Below, one piece after another: positions 45,695-56,414 of a stretch of DNA of 64,000 nt. The stretch comes from Occultella glacieicola (GTDB taxonomy: Bacteria > Actinomycetota > Actinomycetes > Actinomycetales > Beutenbergiaceae), in the NCBI RefSeq assembly GCF_004353825.1, contig NZ_SMNA01000001.1, positions 496,001 through 560,000 on the forward strand. Reading direction: 5' to 3'. Every line of letters starts with the position of its first letter. Position 1 is the stretch's first letter. The notes below the pieces were generated by a model. The model was given only the letters and a program-made list of their open reading frames with translations. It did no database searches and was not told where the DNA came from. The position numbers and the translations under genes are program-made.

Positions 45695-46985
45695 CCCGTT
45701 CGAGGACGTGTGGCGCCGGGAGGTGCCGCACGTCCTCGGGGCGCTGGTCCGCCGCTACGGAGACTTCGGGGCCGGTGAGGACGCCGTCCAGGAGGCCCTC
45801 CTGGCGGCGTCGCAGCAGTGGCCGCCCGGCACCGGCCCGGACAACCCGCGTGGCTGGCTGCTGCGGGTGGCCTCCCGCCGGCTGATCGACGCCCGCCGGT
45901 CAGAGCACGCCCGCACGGCCCGTGAACTGCGCGTGGCCGTGCGGGACCGCGTCGACACCGACCACGCCCCGGCCGCCGACAGTGTCGGACCGGCCGGACC
46001 GGCCGGACCGGCCGGACCGGCCGGAGCCATCGAGGCCGACGACAGTGCCGAGTCTGCCGACGACACCCTGAACCTGCTCCTGCTGTGCGCGCACCCGGCC
46101 CTGACCCCCGCCGCGCAGGTCGCCCTCACCCTGCGGGCGGTCGGTGGGCTCACCACCACCCAGATCGCGTCCGCCTTCCTGGTGCCCTCGGCCACCATGG
46201 GCCAGCGGATCACCCGCGCGAAGGCGACCCTCTCGGGGCTCTCACCGGCCGGCGCCAGGTTCGCACCGCCCTCGGCGAGCGACCTGCCGGACCGGCTCAC
46301 CGCCGTCGGGCAGGTGCTCTACCTGATCTTCAACGAGGGCTACACCGCCAGCGGGGGTGAGCGGCTCATGGATGTGCCCCTCGCGCGCGAGGCGATCCGG
46401 CTGACCCGGGAGCTACGGACGATGGTGCCGGACCACGCCGAGACGTCCGGGCTGCTCGCGCTGATGCTGCTCACCCAGGCGCGGGCAGCCGCGCGCGCGG
46501 ACGCCGCCGGGGACCTGGTGCCGCTCGAGCACCAGGACCGTGCGCTCTGGGACCGCGCCATGATCGCCGAGGCGACGTCGATCCTGGAGGTCCTGCTGCC
46601 GCACGCGAGGGTCGGCCCCTACCAACTGCAGGCCGCCATCGCGGCAGTGCACGCCGAGGCACCGACCTGGGCGGACACGGACTGGCTGCAGATCACCGTC
46701 CTCTACCGGATGCTCGACGGGATCGCCCCGAGCCCGACGGTCCGGCTGAACCTGGCCGTCGCCGTCGGGATGGCCCACGGGCCTGCCGCCGGCCTGGAGG
46801 TGCTCGAGCCGCTGCGCGAGGAGCCGGCCCTGGCCCGCGGCCACCGGATCCACGCCGTGCGGGCGCACCTGCTGGAGATGGTCGGGGACCCGGCCGCACG
46901 GGAGGAGTACCTCACCGCCGCCCGGTTGAGCACGAGCGTCCCGGAGCAGCGGTACCTGAACGCGCGCGCGGAACGTTTGGCCTGA
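45681..46985 (+). CDS. ECF sigma factor, ECF42-like (DUF6596/TPR extension)
   Basis: EDAVQEAL; LCAHPAL; QVALTLR..GGL; YLIFNEGY; GPYQLQAAIAAVH; start uncertain. Confidence 0.9.
   Translation: MTISDPFEDVWRREVPHVLGALVRRYGDFGAGEDAVQEALLAASQQWPPGTGPDNPRGWLLRVASRRLIDARRSEHARTARELRVAVRDRVDTDHAPAADSVGPAGPAGPAGPAGAIEADDSAESADDTLNLLLLCAHPALTPAAQVALTLRAVGGLTTTQIASAFLVPSATMGQRITRAKATLSGLSPAGARFAPPSASDLPDRLTAVGQVLYLIFNEGYTASGGERLMDVPLAREAIRLTRELRTMVPDHAETSGLLALMLLTQARAAARADAAGDLVPLEHQDRALWDRAMIAEATSILEVLLPHARVGPYQLQAAIAAVHAEAPTWADTDWLQITVLYRMLDGIAPSPTVRLNLAVAVGMAHGPAAGLEVLEPLREEPALARGHRIHAVRAHLLEMVGDPAAREEYLTAARLSTSVPEQRYLNARAERLA
45986..46025 (+). repeat. In-frame 9-bp tandem repeat encoding (GPA)4
   Basis: (CGGACCGGC)x4 plus CGGA. 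Confidence 0.9.
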
Positions 46986-47025
46986 TCCAGCCGGGCGGGG
47001 CGCGGGCCGGCGAGTGGCGGCGGGT

Positions 47026-48240
47026 TCAGTCCGTCACGGCGGCGCGGGCGGCGACGAACGCGGCCACGCACGCCTCGACGTCCTCGGGGGTGTGCGCCGC
47101 CGAGAGCTGCACCCGGATCCGGGCCCGCCCGCGCGGCACCACCGGGAAGCTGAACGCGGTGACGTAGACGCCGTGCTCCAGCATCTCGGCGGCGACCCGG
47201 CCGGCCAGCGCGGCGTCGCCGAACATGACCGGCACGATCGGGTGCTCGCCGTCGAGGAGGTCGAAGCCCTCCTCGGTCATCCGGCGTCGGAACGCCTCGG
47301 CATTGGCGAACAACTGCGTCCGCAGGTCGGCGCTGCCGGCGACCAGGTCCAGGGCCCGCAGCGTCGCCGCCACGATCGACGGCGCCAGCGAGTTCGAGAA
47401 CAGGTACGGACGGGCGCGCTGGCGGAGCAGGTCGACGATCTCGGCGCGGCCGGAGACGTACCCGCCGGACGCGCCGCCGAGGGCCTTGCCGAACGTGCCC
47501 GTGTAGATGTCGATCCGCCCTCCCACGCCCGCGTGCTCGGGGGTGCCGGCGCCGGTGTCGCCCATGAACCCGACGGCGTGGGAGTCGTCGACCATGACCA
47601 GCGCGCCGTAGGCGTCGGCGAGGTCGCAGATCGCCGCCAGCGGGGCCAGGTAGCCGTCCATGGAGAACACCCCGTCGGTCACGATGACGGTCCGGCGGGC
47701 ACCCGCCCGGCCCGGCCCGCCCTGGGCCCCGGCCGCCCGCAGCTGGGCCTCGAGGTCGGCCAGGTCGCGGTTGCGGTAGCGGTAGCGCACGGCCTTGGAC
47801 AGGCGGATCCCGTCGATGATCGAGGCGTGGTTCAACTCGTCCGAGATGATCGCGTCCTCGGGCCCGAACAGCGACTCGAACACGCCGCCGTTGGCGTCGA
47901 AGCAGGAGGAGAACAGGATCGTGGCCTCGGTGCCGAGGAACTCCGAGACCCGGCGCTCCAGGGTGAGGTGGGTGTCCTGGGTGCCGCAGATGAACCGCAC
48001 CGAGGCCATCCCGAAGCCTCGATCGTCCAGCGCCTGCTTCGCGGCCGCGATGATCGCCGGGTGGTCGGCCAGGCCGAGGTAGTTGTTCGCGCAGAAGTTC
48101 AGGACCTCGCGCGGCGGCCCGCCGGCGGCGGCGCTGATGTGCGCCGCCTGCGGGCTGGAGATCTCCCGTTCCTGCTTGTACAGGCCTCCCTCGCGCAGCT
48201 CGGCGAGCTCACCGGCCAGGTCATCGGCGAACGTGAACAT
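47026..48240 (-). CDS. kbl: Glycine C-acetyltransferase (2-amino-3-ketobutyrate CoA ligase)
   Basis: [37 protein letters not shown]. Confidence 0.97.
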   Translation of the reverse strand: MFTFADDLAGELAELREGGLYKQEREISSPQAAHISAAAGGPPREVLNFCANNYLGLADHPAIIAAAKQALDDRGFGMASVRFICGTQDTHLTLERRVSEFLGTEATILFSSCFDANGGVFESLFGPEDAIISDELNHASIIDGIRLSKAVRYRYRNRDLADLEAQLRAAGAQGGPGRAGARRTVIVTDGVFSMDGYLAPLAAICDLADAYGALVMVDDSHAVGFMGDTGAGTPEHAGVGGRIDIYTGTFGKALGGASGGYVSGRAEIVDLLRQRARPYLFSNSLAPSIVAATLRALDLVAGSADLRTQLFANAEAFRRRMTEEGFDLLDGEHPIVPVMFGDAALAGRVAAEMLEHGVYVTAFSFPVVPRGRARIRVQLSAAHTPEDVEACVAAFVAARAAVTD

Positions 48241-48287
48241 CTATCCTCCTGTTGCTCCTGCGTCTGCGTGCCGGTGCGCCCGGTCGC

Positions 48288-49340
48288 CTAGTCGAACACG
48301 GTCCAGTCGAGCACGACCTTGCCGGACGTGCCGGCGGCGGCGGTCTCGAAGCCGCGCTCCCACTCGGTGGCCGGGAGCCGATCGGTGATCACGCTCGAGA
48401 TGGCGTTGTGCAACCACGGGCTCGAGGACAGCATCGCGGCCATCATGTTCCAGGTCTCGAACATCTCCCGGCCATAGATGCCCTGCAGGGTGAGCATGTG
48501 GGTGACCACGATGGACCAGTCGATGTCGATCGGGGTGCTCGGCAGCCCGAGCATCGCGATCCGGCCACCGTGGTTCATGTTCCGGATCATCTCCGGCAGC
48601 GCCTGCGCGTGACCGGACATCTCCAGCCCCACGTCGAAGCCCTCCTTCAGGCGCAGCTGGCGCTGGGCGTCGGCGATCGGTGTGGTCGCGACGTTGACGG
48701 CCAGGTCCACGCCCATGTGCCGGGCCAGCTCGAGGCGGGGCTCGGACACGTCGGTGATCGCGATGTACCGAGCCCCCACGTGCCGCACCACCGCCGCGGC
48801 CATCAGCCCGATCGGGCCGGCCCCGGTGATCAGCACGTCCTCGCCGACCACCGAGAACTTCAGGGCCGTGTGCACCGCGTTGCCGAACGGGTCGAAGATC
48901 GCGCCGAGGTCGGGCCCGATCACCTCCGGTCCCGGGTGCACCCAGACGTTCTCCTCGGGGATCACCACGTACTGGGCGAACGCGCCGTCGCGCTGCACCC
49001 CGACGCCGGCCGTGTGGATGCACAACTGGCGCCGACCGGCCCGGCAGTTCCGGCAGATCCCGCACACCACGTGCCCCTCGCCGGAGACCCGGTCCCCGGG
49101 GCGGACCTCGCGCACGTCAGCGCCGACCTCGACCACCTCACCGTAGAACTCGTGCCCGGGGACGATCGGCGCGGCGACGGTGGCCGCGGCCCAGGCGTCC
49201 CAGTTCAGGATGTGCAGGTCGGTGCCGCAGATCCCGGTCGTCAGCACCCGGATCTTCACGTCCCGGGAGCCCGGCTCGGGCTCGGGCGCGTCCACCAGGT
49301 CCAGTCCTGCGTGCGGTCCGGCCTTGAGCAGCGCCTTCAT
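48288..49340 (-). CDS. tdh: L-threonine 3-dehydrogenase
   Basis: [46 protein letters not shown]. Confidence 0.97.
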   Translation of the reverse strand: MKALLKAGPHAGLDLVDAPEPEPGSRDVKIRVLTTGICGTDLHILNWDAWAAATVAAPIVPGHEFYGEVVEVGADVREVRPGDRVSGEGHVVCGICRNCRAGRRQLCIHTAGVGVQRDGAFAQYVVIPEENVWVHPGPEVIGPDLGAIFDPFGNAVHTALKFSVVGEDVLITGAGPIGLMAAAVVRHVGARYIAITDVSEPRLELARHMGVDLAVNVATTPIADAQRQLRLKEGFDVGLEMSGHAQALPEMIRNMNHGGRIAMLGLPSTPIDIDWSIVVTHMLTLQGIYGREMFETWNMMAAMLSSSPWLHNAISSVITDRLPATEWERGFETAAAGTSGKVVLDWTVFD

Positions 49341-49418
49341 CAGCGGCTGATCCCTTCGCATCGGTCGTCTCGGATGGTGGAACGGTAACAGGGGCGCCGG
49401 GTCCGATAGATTCGAGTC

Positions 49419-50093
49419 GTGACGTATCAGGGAGCCGGCGGGCCGGGTGTTCCGGGGGCCCACCCGCCGCCGGTCGTGAAGACGTCGACCAAGGGACCCA
49501 GGATCCTCACGTTCGTAGGGATCGGCCTCGTCGTGGCGGCGACCGCGCTCGTCGCCATCGTGGTCTTCGCCTTCAACTGGGACCAGTCGGTGCTGAGCCC
49601 CGACGGTTCGCCCGGGCCCACCGTCGCGGTCGTCGTCGACGTTCCCGGCGAGGGCGTCGTGGAGGTCTCCTCGAGCGCCGACCATGCCGTCTACCTCACC
49701 CATCCCACCGGCGATCCGGTGCCCGAACTGGCCGGCCGGGTCCTCGTCCATGCGCCGAGCGGAGAGGTCCTCGAGCTCGAGTCCCTCGCCGTTGGCGAGA
49801 CCAGCGAGGGTGGCGTCAGCGCCGAGTTCCTGGGGGTCTTCCACCCGAGCACCACCGGCGAGTACCGCATCGAGGTCCCGGCGACCCTCGACGGCTCGGC
49901 GGCCACGGTCCTGGTACGGGCCGTCCCCGGCGACTACGACGGCCTCGGCCAGGTCGTCTTCGCCGCGATCGCGGTCCCGGCCGCGATCGGTCTGGGTGCG
50001 ATCGGGTTCGCCATGGGCGTCGGAGGCGGGATCTGGTGGAGCCAACGGGCCGCCGCCGGCCGGCGGGCCAGCCACCTGCGCTTGAGATCATGA
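49419..50093 (+). CDS. Two-TM protein with beta-rich ectodomain (paralogue 1)
   Basis: [15 protein letters not shown]...MGVGGGIWW; leaderless TAGATT-N6-GTG. Confidence 0.75.
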   Translation: MTYQGAGGPGVPGAHPPPVVKTSTKGPRILTFVGIGLVVAATALVAIVVFAFNWDQSVLSPDGSPGPTVAVVVDVPGEGVVEVSSSADHAVYLTHPTGDPVPELAGRVLVHAPSGEVLELESLAVGETSEGGVSAEFLGVFHPSTTGEYRIEVPATLDGSAATVLVRAVPGDYDGLGQVVFAAIAVPAAIGLGAIGFAMGVGGGIWWSQRAAAGRRASHLRLRS

Positions 50094-50806
50094 GCACCCC
50101 ACCGACCAGGACGTCCCTGCGCGGTCCCGTCATCCTGACGGCGGCCGGCGCGCTCGTGCTGGTTGCGGCGATCGTGGTGGCCGTCCTCGTGGTGCGGCTG
50201 TTCCTGTCGGTGCTGCCGGTGGGACTCGTCGGCGCCGACGGTGTTCCCGGGCCGGAAGCGGTCGGCGGCACCGACGTCCCCGGCACCCTGACCCTCGAGC
50301 TCGAGGCGGACACCACCTACACGATCCTGCTCGCCCACCCGAGCAACGCGCAGGCTGTTGCGCTCGGTGACGCGATCACCGTGACCGGACCGGACGGTCG
50401 ACCCGCCACATCGACGATCGGGCCGTCCACGACCGTCGACAACAACGGGGTCAGCGCGCGTTCCATCGACGTCTTCACGACCGCTGCCGCCGGCGCCTAC
50501 GCGATCGTCGTGCCCCCGCTCGACAATCCCGCGGCCACAGCCTGGGCCACCGTGGTCGTCGCCGAGGGCGATGAACTACCAGGCTTCATCGGCGGCATCT
50601 TCGGCACCATCTTCGGGGTCTTCCTCGCGCTCGGCCTCGGCGTCGCCGGGGTGGCCATGATCGTCGGAGGGGCGGTGTGGTGGCACATCCACTCGCGGGC
50701 CCGGCGCTCCTTCGGCGCCGGTGGCGGACCCGGCGGGTACCCGGGCCAGTACCCGCAGCCCGGCCAGTACCCGCCCAACGGCCAGTACCCGCCGCCCGGT
50801 CGCTGA
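50090..50806 (+). CDS. Two-TM protein with beta-rich ectodomain and GQYP-repeat tail (paralogue 2)
   Basis: TSLRGPVILT...MIVGGAVWW; ATGA overlap with paralogue 1. Confidence 0.75.
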   Translation: MSTPPTRTSLRGPVILTAAGALVLVAAIVVAVLVVRLFLSVLPVGLVGADGVPGPEAVGGTDVPGTLTLELEADTTYTILLAHPSNAQAVALGDAITVTGPDGRPATSTIGPSTTVDNNGVSARSIDVFTTAAAGAYAIVVPPLDNPAATAWATVVVAEGDELPGFIGGIFGTIFGVFLALGLGVAGVAMIVGGAVWWHIHSRARRSFGAGGGPGGYPGQYPQPGQYPPNGQYPPPGR

Positions 50807-50901
50807 CCCGGCCGCACGCCGGAACGGGCGCGACCCGGAGACGGGCAGACCTCACCACGGCGATCCGTGCGTCGGACCGACGGCACGGGTAGGTTCGGCC
50901 C

Positions 50902-51273
50902 ATGTCCCAGCCCTGGCCGGGCCCCTACTCCCCGGAGCCCTACCTCCCGCCCCCGCCGAACACCTCGACCACGGGCCCGAAGCTGGTCACCTTCATCGGG
51001 ATCGGCTGCCTGGTCCTCACGATCGTGATCGTGGCGCTGCTGGTGTTCGCGTTCGCGAACCTCCCCACCGTCGGCGAGACCGAGTTCTACTGGTGGCTCG
51101 GGATCTCCGGCGCCGCCTTTGTGATCCCGGCCGCGCTCATGCTCGGGCTCACCGGGCTCGGCATGAGCATCGGCGGCGGCATCATGTGGGCGATCCGGGC
51201 CCAGGCCCGCAGCGTGTACGGCGACCGGGCGCCGAACCCGGGCCCGCCGCCCCACGGGTACCCGCCGCTGTAG
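50902..51273 (+). CDS. Short membrane protein (paralogue 3, ectodomain absent)
   Basis: TSTTGPKLVTFIGIG...MSIGGGIMW; leaderless TAGGTT-N6-ATG. Confidence 0.72.
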   Translation: MSQPWPGPYSPEPYLPPPPNTSTTGPKLVTFIGIGCLVLTIVIVALLVFAFANLPTVGETEFYWWLGISGAAFVIPAALMLGLTGLGMSIGGGIMWAIRAQARSVYGDRAPNPGPPPHGYPPL

Positions 51274-51295
51274 GGGTCCCCGATACGCTCGGGCC

Positions 51296-52747
51296 ATGGC
51301 CGACCTGCATGACCTGACCGCGCTCGAGCTGGCCGCCGCCATCCGGTCCGGCCAGACGTCCCCCATCGACGTCCTCGACCACACCCTCGACCGGATCTCG
51401 GCCCTCGACGAGAGGGTCGGGGCGTTCATCACCCGCACGCCGGACCTCGCCGGCGAGCAGGCGCGGGCGGCGCAGTCGCTCCTGGCCGAGCACGGCGACG
51501 ATCCCGCGTCGCTCCCGCCGCTGCTCGGGGTGCCGTGCCCGATCAAGGACCTGAACCTGGTGGCCGGGGTACCGACCAGTTTCGGCAGCGCCGCTCTCGC
51601 CGGGTACGTCCCGGACGTCGACGACGGCGTCGTCATCCGCCTGCGCGAGGCCGGCACCGTCATGGTCGGCAAGACGAACACCCCCGAGATCGGCCTGCCC
51701 AGCTACACCGAGTCGGACATCGCGCCGCCGGCGCGCACGCCGTGGGACCTGACCCGCAACGCGGGTGGGTCCTCGGGCGGTGCGGCCGCGGCGGTCGCCT
51801 CCCGGATCGTGCCGATCGCGCAAGCCTCCGACGGCGGTGGCTCGATCCGTATTCCGGCGGCGGCCTGCGGGTTGGTCGGCCTGAAACCCAGCCGGGGCCG
51901 GATCAGCACCGGACCCCACGGCGTGGCCGGCCCGGGGCTCGGCACCAGCGGGGTGCTCACCCGGGACGTGCGGGACACCGCCGCGGCCCTTGACGTCCTC
52001 TCCGTCGGGTGGCCCGGCGACACCTACTCGCTGCCGTTGCCTCAGGGCGGCTTCCTCGCGGCCTGCGACACCGACCCGGGACCGGTGCGGGTCGGTGTCC
52101 TCACCCGGCCGATCATCGCGCCGGACGCCCCCGTGCACGCCGAGGCGCTGCGCGCCGTCGACCATGCCGTCCGGGTCCTCGAAGGGCTGGGCCACCACAC
52201 CGACACCGCACCGGTGCCGTTCCCGGCCGAGGCCTGGGAGCCGTTCCGGGACCTGTGGTCGGTGCTCGCGGCGAGCGCGCCGATCCCGCCGGACCGCGAG
52301 CACCTGCTCGTCCCGCTGAGCCGGTGGATGCGCGAGCGCGGCCGCGGCGTCGACGGCATCACCTACGCGAACGCGGTCAGCGCCGGCCAACGGCTCACCC
52401 GGGACGCGGCCCGCGCCTGGGCGGACTTCGACGTCATCCTGATGCCGTCCCTGGCGCAGCCCGCCGAGGTGGTCGGTACCTCCCGCATCGACGACGACCC
52501 GGCTGCGGACTTCGAGGCCCAGATGGCCTTCACCCCGTGGACCAGCACGTGGAACATCATCGGGGCGCCGGCGATCTCGGTGCCGCTGCACTGGGCGCCG
52601 GCTGTGCCGGATCTGCCCGGCGGGCCGGTGCTGCCCTTCGGCGTCACGCTCGGCGCGCGCACGGGACGCGAGGACCTCCTGCTCGCGCTCGCGGCGACGA
52701 TCGAGCGCGCCGAGCCGTGGCTGGACCGGCGACCACCGACCGGCTGA
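51296..52747 (+). CDS. Amidase-signature family protein
   Basis: GVP.PIKDL; GKTNTPE; GGSSGG; SDGGGSIRIPA. Confidence 0.95.
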   Translation: MADLHDLTALELAAAIRSGQTSPIDVLDHTLDRISALDERVGAFITRTPDLAGEQARAAQSLLAEHGDDPASLPPLLGVPCPIKDLNLVAGVPTSFGSAALAGYVPDVDDGVVIRLREAGTVMVGKTNTPEIGLPSYTESDIAPPARTPWDLTRNAGGSSGGAAAAVASRIVPIAQASDGGGSIRIPAAACGLVGLKPSRGRISTGPHGVAGPGLGTSGVLTRDVRDTAAALDVLSVGWPGDTYSLPLPQGGFLAACDTDPGPVRVGVLTRPIIAPDAPVHAEALRAVDHAVRVLEGLGHHTDTAPVPFPAEAWEPFRDLWSVLAASAPIPPDREHLLVPLSRWMRERGRGVDGITYANAVSAGQRLTRDAARAWADFDVILMPSLAQPAEVVGTSRIDDDPAADFEAQMAFTPWTSTWNIIGAPAISVPLHWAPAVPDLPGGPVLPFGVTLGARTGREDLLLALAATIERAEPWLDRRPPTG

Positions 52748-52868
52748 ACCCGACCGCCGAACCCGCCCTCCGCCGTCGGGCAGGAGTGCCCATGCCCACG
52801 CGCTCGGGCGATTCCCATTCCTGGGTAAACTCCGTCCAAAGCATCCTCCAGAACCCAAGGCAGCGCAC

Positions 52869-53393
52869 ATGCTCGTATTCCTGATCATCGGCGGGGTCGG
52901 TATCGCCCTGCTCGTGGTCTCCCTCCTCCTCGGCGAGGTCCTGGACGGGCTCTTCGAGGGGATCGGCGGGGACCTGTTCTCGGGTGCCGCGCTGGCCGGG
53001 TTCCTCGGGGTGTTCGGCTTCGCCGGCGCGCTCACGCTCAGCCTGACCGACTCGGTCGGACTGGCCATCCTGTTCGGCCTGCTCTCCGGCGGTGTCGTCG
53101 GTGCCCTGACCGGCTGGGCCACCCTCAAGCTCCGGGAGGGTGGCGACGAGGCGAACGTGCGCACCGGCGACCTCGTGGGGTCGAAGGCCTCGGTGGTCAC
53201 CGCCATCCCGGACGGAGGGTACGGCGAGATCACCATGGTCGCCTCGGGGCACATCACCCGCCTGAACGCCCGGTCCGCGGGGCCGGTCCCGTCCGGGGCC
53301 TCGGTCACGATCACCGGGGTGCTGTCCGCGACCTCCGTGATGGTGGAGGCGGACCTGCCCGCGAACCCCTACCCCTACCCTCAGCACCCCTAG
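52869..53393 (+). CDS. NfeD-like membrane protein
   Basis: Three TM segments plus OB-fold-like C-terminus (LVG..A.V...IP..GYGEI); directly upstream of flotillin. Confidence 0.8.
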   Translation: MLVFLIIGGVGIALLVVSLLLGEVLDGLFEGIGGDLFSGAALAGFLGVFGFAGALTLSLTDSVGLAILFGLLSGGVVGALTGWATLKLREGGDEANVRTGDLVGSKASVVTAIPDGGYGEITMVASGHITRLNARSAGPVPSGASVTITGVLSATSVMVEADLPANPYPYPQHP

Positions 53394-53489
53394 TTCCCCG
53401 AGCACGCACGTAGTTCCGACCAGAGACATCCACCCGGCCGGGCGGGCAGATACGCCGGGCCTCCGCAGACGACCAGAAGGAAGATTCGT

Positions 53490-55055
53490 ATGGACTTGGC
53501 GTCCCCCATCGTTCTCGTGATCGCCATCGTGGTGGTGATCGTGCTCATCGGTGGCCTCATCAGCTCGCGCTACAAGGTCGCCGGGCCGGACCAGGCGTTC
53601 ATCGTCACCGGCCGTAAGGGCAAGGCGGTCAAGAACCCCGAGACGGGCCAGATCTCCACCGACCTGTCCGGCCAGAAGGTCGTCATGGGTGGCGGTGTGT
53701 TCGTGTGGCCGTTCGTGCAGCGGATCCACATCCTTGACCTGTCCAGCCGCCGCATCATGGTCCAGATCCGCGGCGCGGTCTCCGGCCAGGGCATCAAGCT
53801 GAACCTCGACGGCGTCGCGATCGTGAAGGTCGGCGGCAACGAGGACTCCATCCGGGCGGCCGCCCAGCGGTTCCTCTCCCAGCAGGACGAGATCGACATC
53901 TTCACGCAGGAGACCCTCGCCGGTTCGCTGCGGTCGATCGTGGGATCCCTGTCGGTGGAGCAGATCATCCGCGACCGTGCCGCGTTCGCGCAGCGGGTCG
54001 CCGACGAGTCCGAGTCCTCCCTCACCGGTCAGGGGCTCGTGCTGGACACCTTCCAGATCCAGGACATCACCGACGACGGCTCCTACCTCGCCGACCTCGG
54101 GCGGCCCGAGTCCGCGAAGCTGCAGCGGATCGCGTCCGTGGCCGAGGCCGAGGCCCGCCAGGCGGCCGAACAGGCTCGGATCAAGGCCGAGGAGGAGATC
54201 GCGATCGCGCAGCGGACGCTGGCCCTGAAGCAGGCCGAGATCCGCTCCGAGACCGACGCCGCCCAGGCGCAGGCGGCCGCGTCCGGCCCTCTCGCCCAGG
54301 CCGACCGGGACCAGGCCATCCTGCTCGAGCAGGAGAAGGTCGCCGTCCGGCAGGCCGCGCTGAAGGAGCGTCAGCTCGACACGGAGGTCCGCAAGCCGGC
54401 CGACGCCGAGCGGTACCGCGTCGAGACGGCCGCCGAGGCGAACCGGAACGCGGAGATCTTCGAGGCCGAGGCCAACAAGGCCGCCGCGATCGCCGCCGCC
54501 GAGGCCCAGGCCGAGAAGGACCGCCTGACCGGTGTCGGTGAGCAGTCCCGCCGGTCCGCGCTGGCCGAGGCCGAGGCGATCGAGGGGCACAAGCGCGGTG
54601 AGGCCGAGAAGGCCCGCCGTGTGGCCGAGGCCGAGGCGACCCGCGCCGAGGGTGAGGCCGAGGCCGCCGCGATCCTCGCCAAGGGTCAGGCCGAGGCCGA
54701 GGCGATGGACAAGCGGGCGGAGGCGTTCGCGCGTTACAACGACGCCGCCGTGCTGCAGATGCTCGTCGAGGTGCTCCCGCAGATCGCCCACGAGGTCGCC
54801 GCCCCGATGGCCGCGATCGACAAGCTGACCGTGGTCTCGACCGACGGCGCCGGCGCGCTGCCGAAGCAGGTCACCGACAACATGGTGCAGACCATGGAAC
54901 TACTGAAGAACACGACCGGCATCGACATCGAGGCGATCCTCGAGTCGTTCGCCGTGAAGATCACGCCGGAGGGCGTGGAGCCGGCGGACGAGGCGCCCTC
55001 GCGGGGCATCGTTCGGCAGGTTCAGCCGGAGACGGACGGCGTCGGATCCGCCTGA
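53490..55055 (+). CDS. Flotillin (SPFH/band 7) protein
   Basis: N-terminal TM; AAQRFL; L.GSLRSIVG; AEA-rich coiled coil; IDKLTVVS. Confidence 0.93.
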   Translation: MDLASPIVLVIAIVVVIVLIGGLISSRYKVAGPDQAFIVTGRKGKAVKNPETGQISTDLSGQKVVMGGGVFVWPFVQRIHILDLSSRRIMVQIRGAVSGQGIKLNLDGVAIVKVGGNEDSIRAAAQRFLSQQDEIDIFTQETLAGSLRSIVGSLSVEQIIRDRAAFAQRVADESESSLTGQGLVLDTFQIQDITDDGSYLADLGRPESAKLQRIASVAEAEARQAAEQARIKAEEEIAIAQRTLALKQAEIRSETDAAQAQAAASGPLAQADRDQAILLEQEKVAVRQAALKERQLDTEVRKPADAERYRVETAAEANRNAEIFEAEANKAAAIAAAEAQAEKDRLTGVGEQSRRSALAEAEAIEGHKRGEAEKARRVAEAEATRAEGEAEAAAILAKGQAEAEAMDKRAEAFARYNDAAVLQMLVEVLPQIAHEVAAPMAAIDKLTVVSTDGAGALPKQVTDNMVQTMELLKNTTGIDIEAILESFAVKITPEGVEPADEAPSRGIVRQVQPETDGVGSA

Positions 55056-55118
55056 TCGGCCGGAACGGGCCGATCACGGGCTGACCGGAGGGGCGGGCAC
55101 CACCACGGTGCCCGCCCC
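55053..55118. terminator. Two hairpins between convergent genes
   Basis: TGATCGGCC-N6-GGCCGATCA and GGGGCGGGCAC-N7-GTGCCCGCCCC. Confidence 0.7.
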
Positions 55119-55126
55119 TTCCCTGT

Positions 55127-55927
55127 CTATGTGCGGTCGTCGGGCTTCGCCGCCCCCGGCTCGGTCCGGGACTCCTCCGAACCGCCGAACATGTTCTCCA
55201 CGTCGGTGCTGGCGGGTTCCCGGGCGGCCGCACGCCGGGCCCGGAACCCCGGCTCCCGGCCGGCAGCCTCATCCGCGCGGTGTCGGCGCCGGCTCCACCG
55301 CCAGAGCAACAGCCCCGCTGCCACCACGATCACGATGATCGCGAGCACGAGGAACCCGCCCCGCTGCAGGAACGGGGTCTGCGGGCCAGGTCCCACCGCG
55401 TGCATCGAGGTGTTTCCCGGGCCCAGTTCCCAGGTGACGGTGTCCCCGGAGAGGGTGCCGTCATGCTCGGTCACGCCGTTCGGGAACGTCACCGAGAGGT
55501 GGACCGACCACGGCACCTCACTGGGCAGTTCGCCTCCGATCGTCGGGTCGAGCTCGGAGAAGTCGCCGGTCACCTCATAGTTGCCGCCGACCCGCTCGAT
55601 CCGCAGGACGTCGGACGTGGCGGACCGGACCCGGTCGATCGGGACCTCGGTCAGCGTCAGCTGCATCCCGGAGAACTCACCGTCGTCGTAGCGTTCGCCC
55701 GTGACCCCGGAGTCCGGCGCCGCCGTGAGTTCGTCCTCGATCGTGTCGACCAGACCCTCCGGATCCTCACCCTGGGAGATCGCCCACGCGGTGCTGAACG
55801 CCACGAGGACCTCGCCGGAGATGGTGTCGTCGGTGTTGATGCGGATGTCACCGTCGATCTTCAGGCAACCCGTCAGCAGGGCCAGGCCGCCGAGGGCCAC
55901 GAGCAGGCGCAGGAGGTTCTTCTTCAC
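55127..55927 (-). CDS. LppM-like lipoprotein with C-terminal TM anchor
   Basis: Lipobox LLTGC; I..DDTISG; VTFP..VTE.DG...G.TVTW; TM followed by RRRHR. Confidence 0.8.
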   Translation of the reverse strand: MKKNLLRLLVALGGLALLTGCLKIDGDIRINTDDTISGEVLVAFSTAWAISQGEDPEGLVDTIEDELTAAPDSGVTGERYDDGEFSGMQLTLTEVPIDRVRSATSDVLRIERVGGNYEVTGDFSELDPTIGGELPSEVPWSVHLSVTFPNGVTEHDGTLSGDTVTWELGPGNTSMHAVGPGPQTPFLQRGGFLVLAIIVIVVAAGLLLWRWSRRRHRADEAAGREPGFRARRAAAREPASTDVENMFGGSEESRTEPGAAKPDDRT

Positions 55928-56414
55928 CGTACGAGTCTGGCACCCATGGGCGAGTGAGCGAGTCACGGCAAGCCACGCCGTACCGGAGGTGCCATCGGCC
56001 CTCGTGCCGTGTGGCCGAAAACAAGGAGAGTCGCACTCGGCTCGGCGACTCGGGTCACGTTCTGATCGGGCCCTTGACGCTCGCCTGCGTGCTCGACATC
56101 GGCTGACCTCCGAACCGCTGCAACTGGTGAACCACGACATCGGAGTCTTCCAGGCCTCCGGCCCGTACCCGGACAGGTTCGTGGCGGCGATCTACCGGGC
56201 CATGACCTCCGCCGACGGCAGTGAGGCACACCCGATGGTGTCCGCGACGGCGTGATCGACGCGGCCACGACGATCGCCATCGGGGTGGTGGCGCTGCGCT
56301 CGTGAGCCCGACCCACCCGGTCGCCCGCGTGCCGGGCCCACGGGAGGACGCCTGAGTGAGCCCCGGTGCGGGCGTGTGCGTGTTCGCACCCGCCCGCACA
56401 CCGGTCAGGGCCAT

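Noticed and set aside
54420..54720. GCCGAG-rich repeats as a DNA repeat array or CRISPR
   Set aside because: They encode the AEA coiled coil of flotillin and have no repeat-spacer structure; no cas genes are in the window.
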